Shown here piece after piece: positions 63,971 to 64,000 of a stretch of 64,000 nt of DNA. The DNA comes from Octopus bimaculoides (lineage: Eukaryota). Where the stretch lies: positions 81,389,874-81,453,873 of the forward strand of contig NC_068989.1 of assembly GCF_001194135.2 (NCBI RefSeq). The letters are read 5' to 3'. How positions within the stretch are numbered: the stretch's first letter is position 1; each line of letters begins with the position of its first letter. The notes beneath the pieces were generated by a model. The model did no database searches. It saw only the letters and a program-made list of their open reading frames with translations, and had not been told where the DNA came from. Both the position numbers and the translations under genes were made by a program.

Positions 63971-64000
63971 CATGTGTTTGTTGGTTGGGATATGGGATAT

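Overview
This is AT-rich, repeat-dense animal genomic DNA with nine N-gaps, most of them flanked by microsatellites, which points to a short-read draft assembly. The tRNA-derived SINE families, R4/Dong and RTE LINE relics and dense (CA)n/(TA)n/(AAT)n tracts strongly suggest an octopus (coleoid cephalopod); this is inferred from repeat content, not confirmed by a search. Most supplied ORFs are microsatellite or gap artefacts. One host gene is supported on the + strand: two phase-compatible exons (54648-54739 and 58009-58216) encode the end of a probable signal peptide followed by a laminin-G-like domain. A speculative start exon lies at 30131-30177, and no further exon was found before the window end. 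The rest is a transposon graveyard: SINE families labelled A, B, C and E here; R4/Dong, RTE, Tx1, CRE and Penelope retroelement fragments; hAT and mariner relics; and MITE-like inverted repeats. I found no prokaryotic features, CRISPR arrays or rRNA, and no clearly new multi-gene system. The best leads are the LamG gene and the hairpins clustered around its exons, an RTE copy with twin-priming-like geometry, a mariner with ~150-bp inverted ends, two related TACATG-ended MITEs, an internally deleted RTE, and modular SINE chimeras. Repeat boundaries were read by eye and are approximate; exon and inverted-repeat boundaries were counted base by base.
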